This document shows, in pieces, positions 24,590-37,094 of a stretch of DNA of 64,000 bases. The position numbers and the translations under genes were made by a program. Each line of letters begins with the position of its first letter. Within the stretch, counting starts at the first letter, position 1. The DNA is from Stegostoma tigrinum (lineage: Eukaryota), in contig NC_081373.1 in assembly GCF_030684315.1 (NCBI RefSeq), forward strand, positions 42,577,173 to 42,641,172, read 5' to 3'. Under the pieces are notes generated by a model. That model was given only the letters and a program-made list of their open reading frames with translations, did not search any database and was not told the DNA's origin.

Positions 24590-26650
24590 AATACATCTTA
24601 ATAGGTATGATCTGACTGATATTACAGAAAAATTGGTCATAAAGAAATCCAATACAGCAACTAAATATTCCAGGGTATGTGGCTTTTTGAAAGGGCAGGT
24701 AGGAAGGAAGTGGTGGTGGAGTAGCTTTGATTGTACAAAATGGAATAAGTATCAATATCAAGGAATGACCTAGGATTGATGATGGAGAATCAATATGGGT
24801 GGAGGAAAGAAATAACAAGGGCAAGAAGTTGCTGGTGGGAAGAGTATTTAGGCCCTCTAACTGGAGCTGTTCTGCAGGACAGATATTAAATCAAGTGATA
24901 AGAGAGCACGGGAAAAGAGAAAAGCATTAAACATTTGTGACTTTAAGCTTCATATAGATTGGGAAATTCAAATTAGCAAAGATAGCCAATGAAGAAGAAT
25001 TTGTTGAGTATGTTTAAGACAAGTTTCCTGGAACAATGTGCTGTAAATCCGACCAGGAAACAGACTACTTTGCATCTAGCAATGTGTAACAAGGCTGGAT
25101 TAATAAATGATCTTAGGATAAATATCCCCTGGGGAATAACAACCGTAGTGATTCAGAATTCAGCATTCCGAAGGTATTTATAAAAGAACAGGGCAGAGTT
25201 GGGTGGAGTGGAAAGGGAAAGAGGTTTTGCAGAAAAGACAGGTGTGGAACAATGGCAGACATTTAAGAAAATTGTTCATGAGTCACAACGAAAACATATT
25301 CCAGTGAGGAAGAAGGAAGGGCATAAATCAACCACGTTTAACCAAGGAAGTTAAGGATAACATGAAACTGAAAGAAAACATACAATGTTGTTGATAAAAC
25401 AGAGGACTGGGCATGTTTTAAAATTCAATAAAAGGTAATCAAAAAATTATCAAAGAAGGAGAAAATAGAACAGCAAACTAGCAATTAATATAAAATTGGA
25501 CACAGTGATTTTTTTTTCATACGAAAAGGGAGGGGCTGAAGGGGACATAGTGCCCTGTGATAATTAAACTGGGGAAAGAATAATAGGAAGCCAGGAACTG
25601 ACAAAGGCATTTAAAAAATACTTTGCATTGATCTTCATGGTAGTGGATAAACAGCATATCAAAAATACTTAACAGTAAGGGGCAAAGGGCTTGACAAATT
25701 TATTACAGTTCTTTGAGGACATACTAAGCAGGACAGATCAAGTGGAACCGGTAAATGTAATACATTTGAATTTTCGAGTACCAAAAAGAAGGCTACTTAA
25801 TAATAGCCTATGGTGTTGTGGATAGTACATTTGCATTAGCATGGATAGAGGATGAGCTAACTGATAGAAGGCTTAAAGTCACATGACACCAGGTTATAGT
25901 CCAACAGGTTTATTTGAAATCACAAACTTTTGAAGTGACTTCACCTGATAGAAGAGCAGGGGTTTGAAAGCTTGTGATTTCAAATAAGTCTGTTGGACTA
26001 TAACCTGGTGTTATGTGTTTTCTGACCTTGTCCAACCCAGTCCAATACTGGCACCTCCACAATTAATAGAAAACAGAAATTTGGGATAAAGGGAGCATTT
26101 TCAGGATGACAACCTGTCAGGTAAACAAGGATCAGTGCTGGGGTCATAATTTACAAAATACATGCATGACTTGGATGAGGAAAATGAATGTACTATTGCT
26201 AAGCTTATGGATGACACAAAAATAAATGGGAAGAAATTACTATGGATGATACCAATAGCCTACAGAGGGATCTCGGCAGGTTAAGTGAGAGAATAAGAGC
26301 TTGGTGCTTGAGATATAACATGAGAGAAGGTGAGGTTATGCAATTTGGTAGGAAGAATAGAACTGTTGAATTGTATTTCAATGGAGAAACTGCAGACAAT
26401 GTCAGCTCAAACTGATTTGGGGTGCCCCCATGCATTAATAGCAAAAAGCTAACTTCTAAGTTTGGGGTTCAGTAGGGGAAACAAACAGACTGTTGGCCTT
26501 TATTTCAATAGAAATGGAGTACAAAAATGGGGTGTTCTAAAACAACACAAGTTTTTAGTCAGACTACAGCTGGAATACTGTAAAGAGCTTTGGTTCTGCT
26601 AGGAAAGGAAAGAAATACTGGCATTGGTGGCAGTAGAGAAGGTTCACAAC
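24590..26650 (+). mobile_element. Old, internally deleted CR1 LINE with a nested Penelope insert
   Basis: Degenerate endonuclease (YDL..ITE, ESIWVE) and RT (DDTKI) motifs. Confidence 0.8.
25875..26061. mobile_element. Fold-back Penelope-derived insert (second family)
   Basis: Arms cacatgacaccaggttatagtccaacaggtttatttgaaatcacaa and ttgtgatttcaaataagtctgttggactataacctggtgttatgtg. Same family as 15137-15255 and 53193-53290. Confidence 0.8.
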
Positions 26651-26961
26651 CATACCTACTTGAGTAAAATTTGATCTCAGTTAAAGTCACTTACCCAATT
26701 TATGGCCAGAAGACCTGGAATTTTACAGACATCTCATGTAAAAGTTGACACGAGTTCTTCAAAAATAACAGACCTACATTTGTGAATCAAGGTATTGTCC
26801 TGCACATAAATGTTACGAGGAGGAAATGATGTTTTTACATGCTATTATGAGTTTTGATGTACAATTCACATTAACATTAGGCTATGAATTTCTTAAGTTC
26901 AGTATTGAATGAGCTCTATAATTACTAGTAGTATAAATAGTATTCACTTTTTGTATGGCCA

Positions 26962-27620
26962 TCCCACTCCACTCCGGGTCTCCATCCTGCTGACCGTCTT
27001 ACTCCGAGTCGCCATCCTGCTGGCTGTCCCACTCCAGGACTCCATCCTGCTGACCATCCCACACTGGGTCTCCATCCTGCTGGCCATCTCAGTCTGGGTC
27101 TCCATCCTGCTGACCATCCCACTACAGGTCTCCATCCTCTGTCCATTCCACTCCAGGTCTCCAACCTGCTGTCCACCCCACTCCGGGTCTCCATCCTGCT
27201 GGCCGTCCCATTCCTGGTCTCCATCCTGCTGACCATCCCACACTGGGTCTCCATCCTGCTGGCCATCTCAGTCTGGGTCTCCATCCTGCTGACCATCCCA
27301 CTACGGGACTCCATCCTGCTGACCATCCCACTACAGGTCTCCATCCTCTGTCCATTCCACTCCAGGTCTCCAACCTGCTGTCCACCCCACTCCGGGTCTC
27401 CATCCTGCTGGCCGTCCCATTCCTGGTCTCCATCCTGCTGACTGTCCCACTCCGGTTCTCCATCCTGCTGACTGTCTCACTCAGGGTCTCCATCCTGCTG
27501 GCCATCCTACTCCGGGTCTCCATCCTGCTGGCCGTCCCACTCCGGGGCTCCATCCTGCTGGCTGACCCACTCCGGGTCTCCATCCTGCTGGCTGTCCCAC
27601 TCCGGGTCTCCAACCTGCTC
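26962..27620. repeat. 30-bp minisatellite (ccactccgggtctccatcctgctggccgtc), about 22 units
   Basis: Seen directly. Explains the SRMETRSGTA-type repetitive ORFs. Lies in FFAR4 intron 2. Confidence 0.97.
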
Positions 27621-27944
27621 CATTCTGGCCCTCTGCTGCACCGATGATGTAATTGCTGCTCCAAGATAAGTTTTTTTTACAAAAGGAGAGAATAACGAGA
27701 AGAAAAAAGAACAAGCAGACGGAATAATTACTAATTCATTTTTGCTTGTATTGTCTTTATCCAGTAATTACCGTAATTTGTTGCGTTTTTATCTTTATTC
27801 ATTTAGAGATCAATTGGGCTTCTGCTAATGAAACAGTATGAATTTTGATGGGCATGAGTTTCAGCCCCTCAAAAGTAGTATCCATGTAATAGTCAACCCC
27901 TAAACTTAACCTTAAAAACACTGTTAAATATTTGACTTTTACAC

Positions 27945-28375
27945 GGATATGGAGGGATTTTCAAATGAAGAGGGGTTGCATATTCTGGGTTTGTATTCAC
28001 TGGGGCCTACGAGAATGGGAGACAATCTTATTGAATCATGTATGGTTCGTAGAGAGATAGATGTGGAGAAGTTGTTTCCCTTGTGAGAATTGAGGACTAG
28101 AAGGCATAGCCTTGGAGTAAGGTGTTATCTATGGATTGCCCAGAGATAAGGAGGCTTTTTTTTATCTCAGAGGCCAGTCAATCTGTGTAAATCTTTACCA
28201 CAGGGGCCTGTACAGGCTTGGTTGTTCAGCAGACTAAAGGCTGAATTTGACAGATTTTTCATCAAGAAGGGAATCAAGTGTTATTGGGATAAAGCAGGAA
28301 AGTGAAATTGAGGATTATCTCATCAGTCATGATCTCATTGAATGGTCGAGCAGGCTTGATGGACCGAATGGACTA
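27945..28375 (+). mobile_element. CR1 LINE 3' fragment
   Basis: Degenerate ORF2 end and 3'UTR (catgatctcattgaatgg...ggaccgaatgg). Confidence 0.75.
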
Positions 28376-28880
28376 CAACGCAGAGAGGCATGGCACCTTT
28401 GATGCTCTTCAATCGAGTGAGGAGAGGTAAATGAGGAGGAAATTGCTAGATGTTACACTACTTGAAGGCTTGATCGTGACCATCTCAGGTACCAGATCCT
28501 TTAGAACAATTTAAATCAGCCCAAGCAAAATGAATTTGTCAGCTTGCTCCACGCTCGTAAATTGTAATTGGAATATAAATATGTCTTGTGAAAGTGGAGA
28601 CATTGCATTCTAGAGTGTGGTTTTCTCTGATACTAAGAGCACTCACTGTGCTTCAGAGGAAACTGGATGTAATTTGCATAATGAAAATGAGGTGGAACTG
28701 TTCGATATTATCTCATTTGCAAGACCTTGCACTGTGATCTTAGTGTAACTGTAATAATAGTAGAAGTGACACTAACACCATATGAATGAGAAGACACAGA
28801 TGGTGTTTGTAACTACCCGTTGGGTGTAAGATTTTATATTAAACCTGTGACTGTAATTATATGATCTCTTCTACACTCAG

Positions 28881-29294
28881 ATTACCAAAGCCACCAGGGA
28901 AAGATTGCAAGCCAGCAGGCTGTGCTCAGCTCACCAACAACAAATCCGAGTTTCCAGACAGGATTACTGGCTCTTCCGGACACTCCTGCTCCTCATGATT
29001 TCCTTCTTTATCATGTGGACACCTATTTCTCTTAGCATCTTCTTGATTCTAGCACACAACTGTGGAAAAGACTTGTTCCTAACCTCCACCTTGTTTTTCT
29101 GGATCTGTACATTTACACTCACTAACTCAGCTGTGAATCCTATTTTATACGGTGCCACTCAGTTCAAGGGCGAATGGCGACAAATGCTCTGTTTCTACCA
29201 TATGAAAAGCAGTGGCACAACAGCACAAGAACATTCACTTCCAAAAGTCAGAACTCAAGTGTCACAGACAGCACCTTCTGTTATTTGCAACTAA
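28881..29294 (+). CDS. FFAR4: FFAR4 coding exon 3 (TM6, TM7, C-tail, stop)
   Basis: ctcAG|ATT acceptor. ITKATRERL...QIRVSRQDYWLFRTLLLLMISFFIMWTP...LFFW...NSAVNPILY; TAA at 29292-29294. The three exons give 360 aa. Confidence 0.95.
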   Translation: MTKATRERLQASRLCSAHQQQIRVSRQDYWLFRTLLLLMISFFIMWTPISLSIFLILAHNCGKDLFLTSTLFFWICTFTLTNSAVNPILYGATQFKGEWRQMLCFYHMKSSGTTAQEHSLPKVRTQVSQTAPSVICN

Positions 29295-29329
29295 ATGACC
29301 AAAGAAAATATATAAAATGAACTTTATGG

Positions 29330-29335
29330 AATAAA
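29330..29335 (+). terminator. Candidate FFAR4 polyadenylation signal
   Basis: AATAAA about 35 nt after the stop. Alternatives: ATTAAA at 29451 and 29463, AATAAA at 29550. Confidence 0.35.
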
Positions 29336-29469
29336 TTACATGAATGGATCAAGGAGACTCTAATGGGTACTCAGGTGGGAGAGCTGGTATTATGAAAGTC
29401 CAATGACACAAATCTTTATGATTTGCTGTCTTACATTTCCCTTTACTCTTATTAAATCTGACATTAAAG

Positions 29470-29665
29470 AAAGAAGCAGAAAATGTTGGGGAAACTCATC
29501 TGTGGAAAGAGAAACAAAGTTAATGCTTCAAGTCTAAAGACTTCTTTAGAATAAAGTATTTCAAGTCTTGAAATGTTAGCTCTGTTCCTCGCTCCACAAA
29601 TGCTGCCAGACCTGCTGAGTTTCTCTAGCATTTAGCTTTTATGTTGGATCTCTAGCATCAGCAGT
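29470..29665. mobile_element. Decayed fold-back Penelope insert
   Basis: Imperfect inverted arms; atgctgccagacctgctgagtttctctagcatt pLTR motif. Confidence 0.65.
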
Positions 29666-29946
29666 ATTGTGCTATCGCCGTACCTTGTAACACCTTTGCT
29701 GCACAATGAATACAAATTAATTAATGGTGGAGCCGACAATTTCCTGCACATATGGAAGCACTGAATGATATGATGACAGAAGATTACGTGATTTGTTCTC
29801 TCCCAGTGCAGCACATTATACAACCACAAAAAAAAATCCAGCTCTTTACTCACATTTGCTTCTCTTGTACAGTTGGCCTGATGCACAAAATTGACTCATA
29901 ACAATGAAAACTGTTGGAACATTTATACACAAATGTTTGTCATAAC

Positions 29947-29952
29947 TTTATT
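29947..29952 (-). terminator. RBP4 polyadenylation signal
   Basis: TTTATT on + (AATAAA on -), about 155 nt after the proposed RBP4 stop. Confidence 0.65.
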
Positions 29953-30107
29953 GGAAGAGCAATACATGACTGGGAATCCATTTGTACTTAAAATGAGAGT
30001 TTTGGAAAAATATATTCACAAGGCAATGGAAGCTGGTCCTCGTAGGGTACTGCAGACAGATGTTTACATCCACAACCTTTGGCCAAAGTGGCAATAATCC
30101 AGTGATT

Positions 30108-30121
30108 CTAAGGACATTGCC
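30108..30121 (-). CDS. RBP4: RBP4 last coding exon, (G)QCP*
   Basis: Minus strand ctgac...gcattttgcttcttgtgcAG|GG CAA TGT CCT TAG: branch point, polypyrimidine tract, correct phase 1. Supplies the sixth conserved Cys and is followed by AATAAA. Confidence 0.78.
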
Positions 30122-31128
30122 CTGCACAAGAAGCAAAATGCACAGTCAGAACTATAACCATGTAGACAGTAATAATGATCATGGACTTCAATGGATTCTT
30201 CTAGCTAAGAGCAAATATCCTTTTCAATTAAAGATGCAATAATTGATAGTAAAGAAAATGCAAAGAACAAAAAACGGTAAATCAAGGTACGTTTCACAGT
30301 GCAACTTGCGAACATTCCCATTTCATGGTGGCAGATGTGAAATCAATATAACAGTTGCACCAGAGAGGTTTCTGTACAACACAAACAATATCAGGAAATG
30401 ATGGAAAAACACAACAGGTTTGTTGGAAATGAAAATAATGTTAAGGCTTCACGTCAATTCATCAATCTGAAATGTTCAATGTTTTTCTCTATATAGATGC
30501 TTTACTTCCAGCATTCGCTGGTTTTATTTCCAATTTCCACCATCTGGAGTGTTTTGCTTTTGTCTGCAACACAGGCAGATTCACAACATCAATGGGTGTA
30601 ATATTACAGCTTTACAATTTCTGCATGAATTTCCACTACAAATGTGTCATGGGAATTTAGAATAGAAGAAACTGACAAGATATAGACATTTATAGATGCA
30701 TTCATTTATTCCTACATTTCTTCAATTAAATCACAAGCTTTCTTAAGAAAAGAGCGACTCTAAGGGAAACAATGTTGTTAATCAGTTTTTCCCATTGAAT
30801 AAGCATATAAACTGGTGTTTGGGTCTATTGGGCTTTCTCCTTACGGAAGTGAGCATTCTAAGTTGATATATTGAACATGTGCAGTACGTTCCTAAATGAA
30901 AAGTCTAAATACAGAAGACAAACATTTAAACTACTGGCAGAGGTTACCATGAAACAAACTGACAGTGAGATTGGAATCACTAAATACTGGGCCAATGAGC
31001 AGAATACAGGCACATGATTTAGGATAAAATCAGATGGGAAACAGGTCAAAGATAAAGAGATTGCACAGCACGAGAATTCTAAACAGAGAGAGAACACTGA
31101 GACAAAGACGAAAGGACCAGGGAGGGTG

Positions 31129-31132
<4 letters not shown>

Positions 31133-31163
<31 letters not shown>
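31133..31163. repeat. (AG)n microsatellite
   Basis: Seen directly. Confidence 0.95.
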
Positions 31164-31169
<6 letters not shown>

Positions 31170-31610
31170 AAGACTGGCCTGAATACTTTACAGTAATAAA
31201 CTCCTGAGGTGTCCAGAAGAATGAGTGAGAGAAATGGCTTGAATCGAAGCTGTTATTAGGTTGCTGGCATGATTTTAATTTGGGTGAATTTTGTTTTTGT
31301 ACTTGCTGCTTGTGTGTTAATCCCTGTCGGGTTTTCAGTGCGTTTTTGAGAAAGTTCTTTCTCCTTACTTACAGACAGAATAAAAAGACATAATGGAATC
31401 AGTTAATTACTGATGGTAATTCATTACTTAATGACTGTGATTGCTAAATTTCAGCAAGTGCTTGACTGACACAATCAATACATTGTGGCCCAGTGGTGAG
31501 CAATATACTAGTGAATGTTGCAACTTTGCACAGTTGGATAATCTGTACTGTATTAGTGATGTCATAACAAAACACTGACTGAATCAAAGTCAGGAATCCT
31601 TTTATCAATA

Positions 31611-31823
31611 AAAACCAAATGATGCTGTAAATCAGGAACAAAAGCAAAAGTTACTGGAAAAGTCCAGTGGGTTTGGCAGCATTTGTGAAGAATCAGTCAG
31701 AGTTAATGTTTCAGGTGCAGTTCTGAGGAAGAGTCACCGGACATGAAATGTTAACTCTGGTTTTTTCTCCACAAATGCTGCCAGACCTGTTGAGCTTTTT
31801 CAGCAACTTCTGTTTTTGATTTT
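31611..31823. mobile_element. Older fold-back Penelope insert
   Basis: Imperfect inverted arms; degenerate CTGAGGA...GAAATGTT core; direct repeat TTTTATCAATA at 31600-31610 and 31824-31834. Confidence 0.75.
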
Positions 31824-32989
31824 TTTTATCAATAGCCATTCTATTTGAAAATGGTACATCAGTATCCAGACGCTACATGTCAGATAGGACAATTTATAAT
31901 GCTTAGTGCAAAATAGTCAAAAATAAAGAGAAGGAATAACTTGGAATCTGAAATTTACAAATTATGACAACTGTACTCTGAATGACCTAAAATTTTCAAA
32001 TTATCACAAGTTGCTACATTTGCCAATGTAGGCCTTTTTGACAGAGGGAATGGTTAAAACAAACTCTTAAAGGCACAAACAAGATTAGCAGCTAAACCTC
32101 ACTAGACTAGCCATTAAGGATGTCACAGAAATATACATGTTTAGCTTTCACGTGTCAGATTTGATGTACGTCATGCCATAATTCAAAGTCTTCTATATAA
32201 AAGTGTGTGCCATATTTGTAATTGCTTGATTTAAGTACGGCTTTCATCAATTATCAAAAAAAAAATCACATTTACAAAGGATCAAATCAGAAATCCACTA
32301 ATTCTTTGAAGTGCAAACCAACATTTTAAAATTAGTACTTAGGGAATAGTTTTTGATAAGTGATAGAAGTAATTAGGTTAATCTTAAGCATTTTTTGAAA
32401 AGTTTTGGTTACCACTTTGTTTACTGACTGCTATCTGTAATACAACGAATGCATAAAAATATATAATTCAGAAGAAAACCACTAAACACGCTGATGTATC
32501 TTTCATGCCATACAATTACATAGACTTTGCCTCCTTCTCCTTCCCTTGCCAGGTCTATCTTCTTTCTGATATTGAAATGGAATTTATCCACAGATCAGCC
32601 ATGATCTTATTGAATGGCAACATGTGAACAACATGTGAACAGCAACAAATTCTGATCCAAACGCACTGACAGACTAACAGTGATGCATGCTGAAAAATAT
32701 ATCACACAGCATTACATGTGAACTGTGGGTATCCTGGGCATTGCTGGCTTATGGACAGTTCGTAACTCTTAGCTACAGATGAGTGAAAAATATCAACGCA
32801 AATGTAGGACTTTGAGGGGGATTCAGGCTCCTGAGTAAATACACTAATAAAAACATAGACAAACACAAAATCAACTTGGTGGATAAGTTTAATTGCATCC
32901 TTCTATTTTTAGTCCTTACCCTATTGCTTTGGGCTCTGGATATTTGAGGTAGTGAAATACAGCAAATGGAAGGTATTTTTTTGAAAAGT

Positions 32990-33780
32990 TATTGAATTGT
33001 CTGATTCATTCAGCTTTGAATTCCTTCAGTAGATTACCTTCCAGATTGGCTACACCAATAGACGTAGTGTCTGAAGTATATGATGAGATCTTACAGCAGG
33101 GGAAGGAGAGAAGGGATGAGTTGGAAGAGGTTTTTTGTCTGGAAAAAGTAGGAGGGAGATTTCCTGAATCTAGAAGGGTTGTGGGGAGGATCAAGTAGAC
33201 TGGAAATAGTAATGAAGAAACCCAGCACTCAAATTCCTAGAAGCAGGCAGCAATCAAAGAGTCATGGGTCTGGAAGGGCCTGGTGGAGAGAATTCCAGGC
33301 CCTGGATGTGCAGGGGAGGGAGAGGTTCCAACAATTATGTTCTAGCAAAAAGAAGGCCCAGGGTTTGAGTGAACTGGAGTATAGACCATGGTTACGGATT
33401 GGCAGGTTATGGGTTGCAAGGAAGTGAAACACAGTTCTCGACTGGAGGACAGGGGGTACAGGAGATCAATGTTGCATTGAACAGGGGAGGCTTTACAGAA
33501 GAAGAGTACTGATGGATGTTAAGGTGAGTAGAGGGGATGCTTAGGGGTTTCGAGAGGAGAAGGATGAATGGTAGAGTGAGAAAAAAAGGAGCAGTTGATC
33601 CAGAGGAAGCGGGTCAGGGGTTACTTCAGGAGTCATTAGAATTAGCTGAGGTGGGGGTGGGGACGGCTAATGGGAATGTAGTAGGAGGAAAGTATTGATG
33701 ACGGGTGGTATTTGTGAGCTTGTGGGCAATTGGTGGCAGCTTCTCTCAGGTACCGGGGTTGGCTCTCTCTCTCAGAAGTG
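32990..33780 (-). mobile_element. Probable old L2-like LINE fragment
   Basis: Purine-rich on +; minus strand has degenerate PWSIL and LQDLII segments resembling L2 ORF2. Confidence 0.35.
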
Positions 33781-34599
33781 CCTAAAGAATATTGAATAAA
33801 TGCAATTTTAGAAGTCTAATTGCCTCTGTACAAGGAGTGGATAAGTGGAGCTCAATAGAATCCAATGGGTGGTGACTGGACAGAAGCTGTGCAGTAAGAT
33901 CAAAGGTGTATGCTAAGCTGAAAACTGGAATGATCGCGTTTAAGTGTGGTGTTTGTGGAAGCCATTGCAGCTCAGTGACCAGTTTAACATTTGTAATCCT
34001 ATTGTAGTGCCTGCTTGCAGTCGAAGGAAATATCACAACTGTGGCGACATTTTACTGCAGAATCCCCAGAGGAATATTCAAACATTTCACAATGGAATAT
34101 GATTCACATCAAGATTTGTCATTGAAGTCAGAGAAATTGAAAGGCCAATGGGCAGACTTTGCAGGATGAGTAGCTTAGAGCCAGCGAGAGTAGGAACAGT
34201 CAGTGAGAGTGGCGAAAGAGACAGTGAGGATGAAGAGAGTTAGGTGGACTCTGAAACAGCAAGAGCAGAGAGGGTCAACGAGACACAGAGACTGTCTGTG
34301 AAAGAGGAAAGGGAGTGCGGAGGAAGTGTCAGTGTGAGTGGAGAGAGTCAGCGAGAGCAGAGTGCAAGTCAATAAATGTGGAGAAAGAGTCTGTGAGAGT
34401 ACAGTCAGAACCAGAAAGGAGGAGAGGACGGAGAGTTGGGTGGTGCACCTCTCTGGGACTCGAGAGTAACAGCAGGCAGAGGGCAGAGATCCCAGAAGCA
34501 GACAGACCAGCAGTGGAACTGCTTCAGCCAAAGCCGAGTGAACCATTGCTGGAGAACAGATAGGATACGGTGAGTATTTCCCTCATCATTTATGACTAG

Positions 34600-37050
34600 A
34601 CTTTGATTTTAGTTTGTAAGAACAGCTAAAAGACATTTTAGCTTGATAAACATGATTAACATTTCCCAATTTATACTTTGTTAGAAGTTAGGATAAAATA
34701 AAAGAAAGGATCTGTCTTCTACTTGGTTAAGGCATCTCAGGGAGTTCTGTAATTTGCAAATCCTGCTATATGTGGGAAATCTCAGGCTCTCTTCACAGTT
34801 TGGATGACCCTGTGAGGAGGAAGTGCCTCCAGATGGAATAACTCCAGCTCCCGGTTTCTGAGTTTCAGTGCCAGCTAGGGACAGCAGAGGAAACATAGGC
34901 TAGATAAAAAAGAATTGAATAGCAGAAAGATAACTGGAATATGTTTAGGTGCAAGAAGGGTAAGAATGAGACAGACAAGCTGAGGGCACAGAATGAAATA
35001 TGATAGCATTGCTATGATCGAAACTCAGCCTAAAGAGGAGTGTAATTAACAGCTCAACATTCCTGGTTTTAGAATATTCCGATGAGGTCGAGAAGGAGAA
35101 AAATGAGGAGGGGGAGTAATCAATTTGGTAAGGTTTTGATAAGATCCCACATGACTGACTGATTGTAAATGATAGGAGCCCATGGGATCCAAGGAAATTT
35201 GGCAGATTGAATCCACAACTGACTGAGTGTTGGAAGGAGAAGGTGACAGTTGGGAGGTGTTTTTCCAACTGGAAGTCTGTGTCCAGTGGGGTCGCATAGA
35301 GGTCAATGCTGGAGCCCTTGCTGTTTGTGGTTTATATAAACAATTTAGACTTGAATGTAGGAGAATTGAACGGTAAGTTGGCATACAATACAAAAAATTG
35401 TGGGGTGGTAAATAGTGAGGATGATAGCCATGGACTAGAAGAGGATACAGATGGCTGGTCAGATAAGCTGATCGTGTGGCAAATGGAATTCCATCTGGAC
35501 AATGTCAGGCAATGTACTTGGGCAAGATGAAGTAAGGGAACACATGATGAACAGCAGGGCCCTGGGAAGCACCAAGCTTCAGAAGGACCTTGGGGTGCAT
35601 GTCCATTCCATCAGTCCATTAAAAGATATCAGGGCAGGTGGATAAAGTGGTTAAGGAGGCATACAATGTACCTGCCTTTATCAATCGAGGCATAGTGTGA
35701 GAATAGGGAGGATATGCTGGCCCTGTATAAAATACTGGTTCAGCCACAGCAAGAGTATTGTGTACAGTTCTGGAATGCACATTGTGGGAGGAATGTGATT
35801 ACACTAGAGAGGGTGCAGAGGATATTTACCAGGATGTTGCCTGGGCTGAACAGTTTCAGTTATAAGGGAGATTGGATAGAGCTGTTACCTTAGGAAAAAC
35901 GAAATTGACAAGGGACATGATTTATGTCAAAGGACATGAAGGGTATGATTGAGGAAAGAGCTTACAGCAGTTAGCGAGGGATTAATATGGTGAGTCCTGA
36001 GACAAGTATAAAAAGTGGGGAGGAGATATTTAAAAGGAAATCAAGAAAGTAAAGAGAGTTATGAGAAAGCATTGGCAAGGATGATAAAGAAAAGCTTGAA
36101 AGTTTCTTTTTCAAGATAAAGCACAAGAGAATAACGAGGAAAAGATTAAGGCCTATTGGAGACGTCTATTGGAGACCATAGATGTCATCTGTGTGTGGAA
36201 CTGAAAAACTGGGCACAGTCCTCAATGAATACTTTGTGTTCGTATTCACAATGTAAAATGACGACACAGGTATAAACTTCAGGTGGAGGACTGTGAAATA
36301 TTAGAAAAAATTAACAAAGAGAGAAAGGGCTTAGCAACTTTAAAAGTCGGTAAAGCTATAGATCTAGACAGGATTATAAGCCAGGAAATTATAAACCAGT
36401 CAGTTTAGCCTCATTGGTGGAAAAGTTATTAGAAAGAATTCTGAGGGACAGCATATATAGAATATAGAACAGTACAGCACTGTACAGGCCCTTCAGCCCA
36501 CGATGTTGAGCCGATCTATTATCCTACTCTAAGATCAAACTACGCTGCATACCCTACATTTTACTATCATCCATGTGCCTATCCAAGAGTCGCTTAAATG
36601 TTCCTAATGTATCTGACTCCACTACCACTGCCGGCAGCGCATTCCATGCATCCACTACTCTCTGTGTGAAGAATCTGTGGGTATCTGCACTTGAAGAACC
36701 ACAGATTAATCAGGGATAGCCAGCAAGAATTTGTGAAGGGAAAGTCATGTTTGACAAATTTGATCAAATTTTTCTGAGGAAGAATGACAGTAATGCACTT
36801 AATCCAATCTACATGGGCTTCAGCAAGGCTTTTGACAAAGGCCCTCATGGAAGACCGGTTAAACAAGTAAGGATTCAATGGGATCCCAAGCAAAATGGCA
36901 CTTTGGATCCAAATTATCTGAGAGACAGGAAGCAGAGCGTGACAGTAGAAGATTGTTACTATGATTCAATGTCTATTTGTAATGGGGCTCCACAGGGCTG
37001 TGTACTGGGGCCCTCGCTGTTTGTTGTGTGCATTAAATACCCACCGTGTG
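34600..37050 (+). mobile_element. Cluster of nested CR1 LINE fragments
   Basis: RT motifs in ORFs 35306-35530 (LEPLLFVVYINNLD) and 36747-37139 (YMGFSKAFDKGPH...PQGCVLGPSLF). A short minus-strand CR1 3' end is nested at about 36455-36675. Confidence 0.85.
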
Positions 37051-37094
37051 TGCTGCAAACATCCGAGCTGAAGTCTCACTCAGTGTGGAGAGAG

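Noticed and set aside
26909-27714. Repetitive ORFs, or a CRISPR-like array
   Set aside because: Head-to-tail 30-bp tandem units with no unique spacers, in a vertebrate intron.
32823-32830. Selenocysteine-containing RBP4 terminal exon
   Set aside because: No SECIS recognised. A better exon with a true Cys, branch point and poly(A) signal exists at 30108-30121. Kept only as a low-interest check.
34030-34066. GFCSKMSPQL* on the - strand as the RBP4 last exon
   Set aside because: Resembles a G-x-C ending but has no AG acceptor at the required position.
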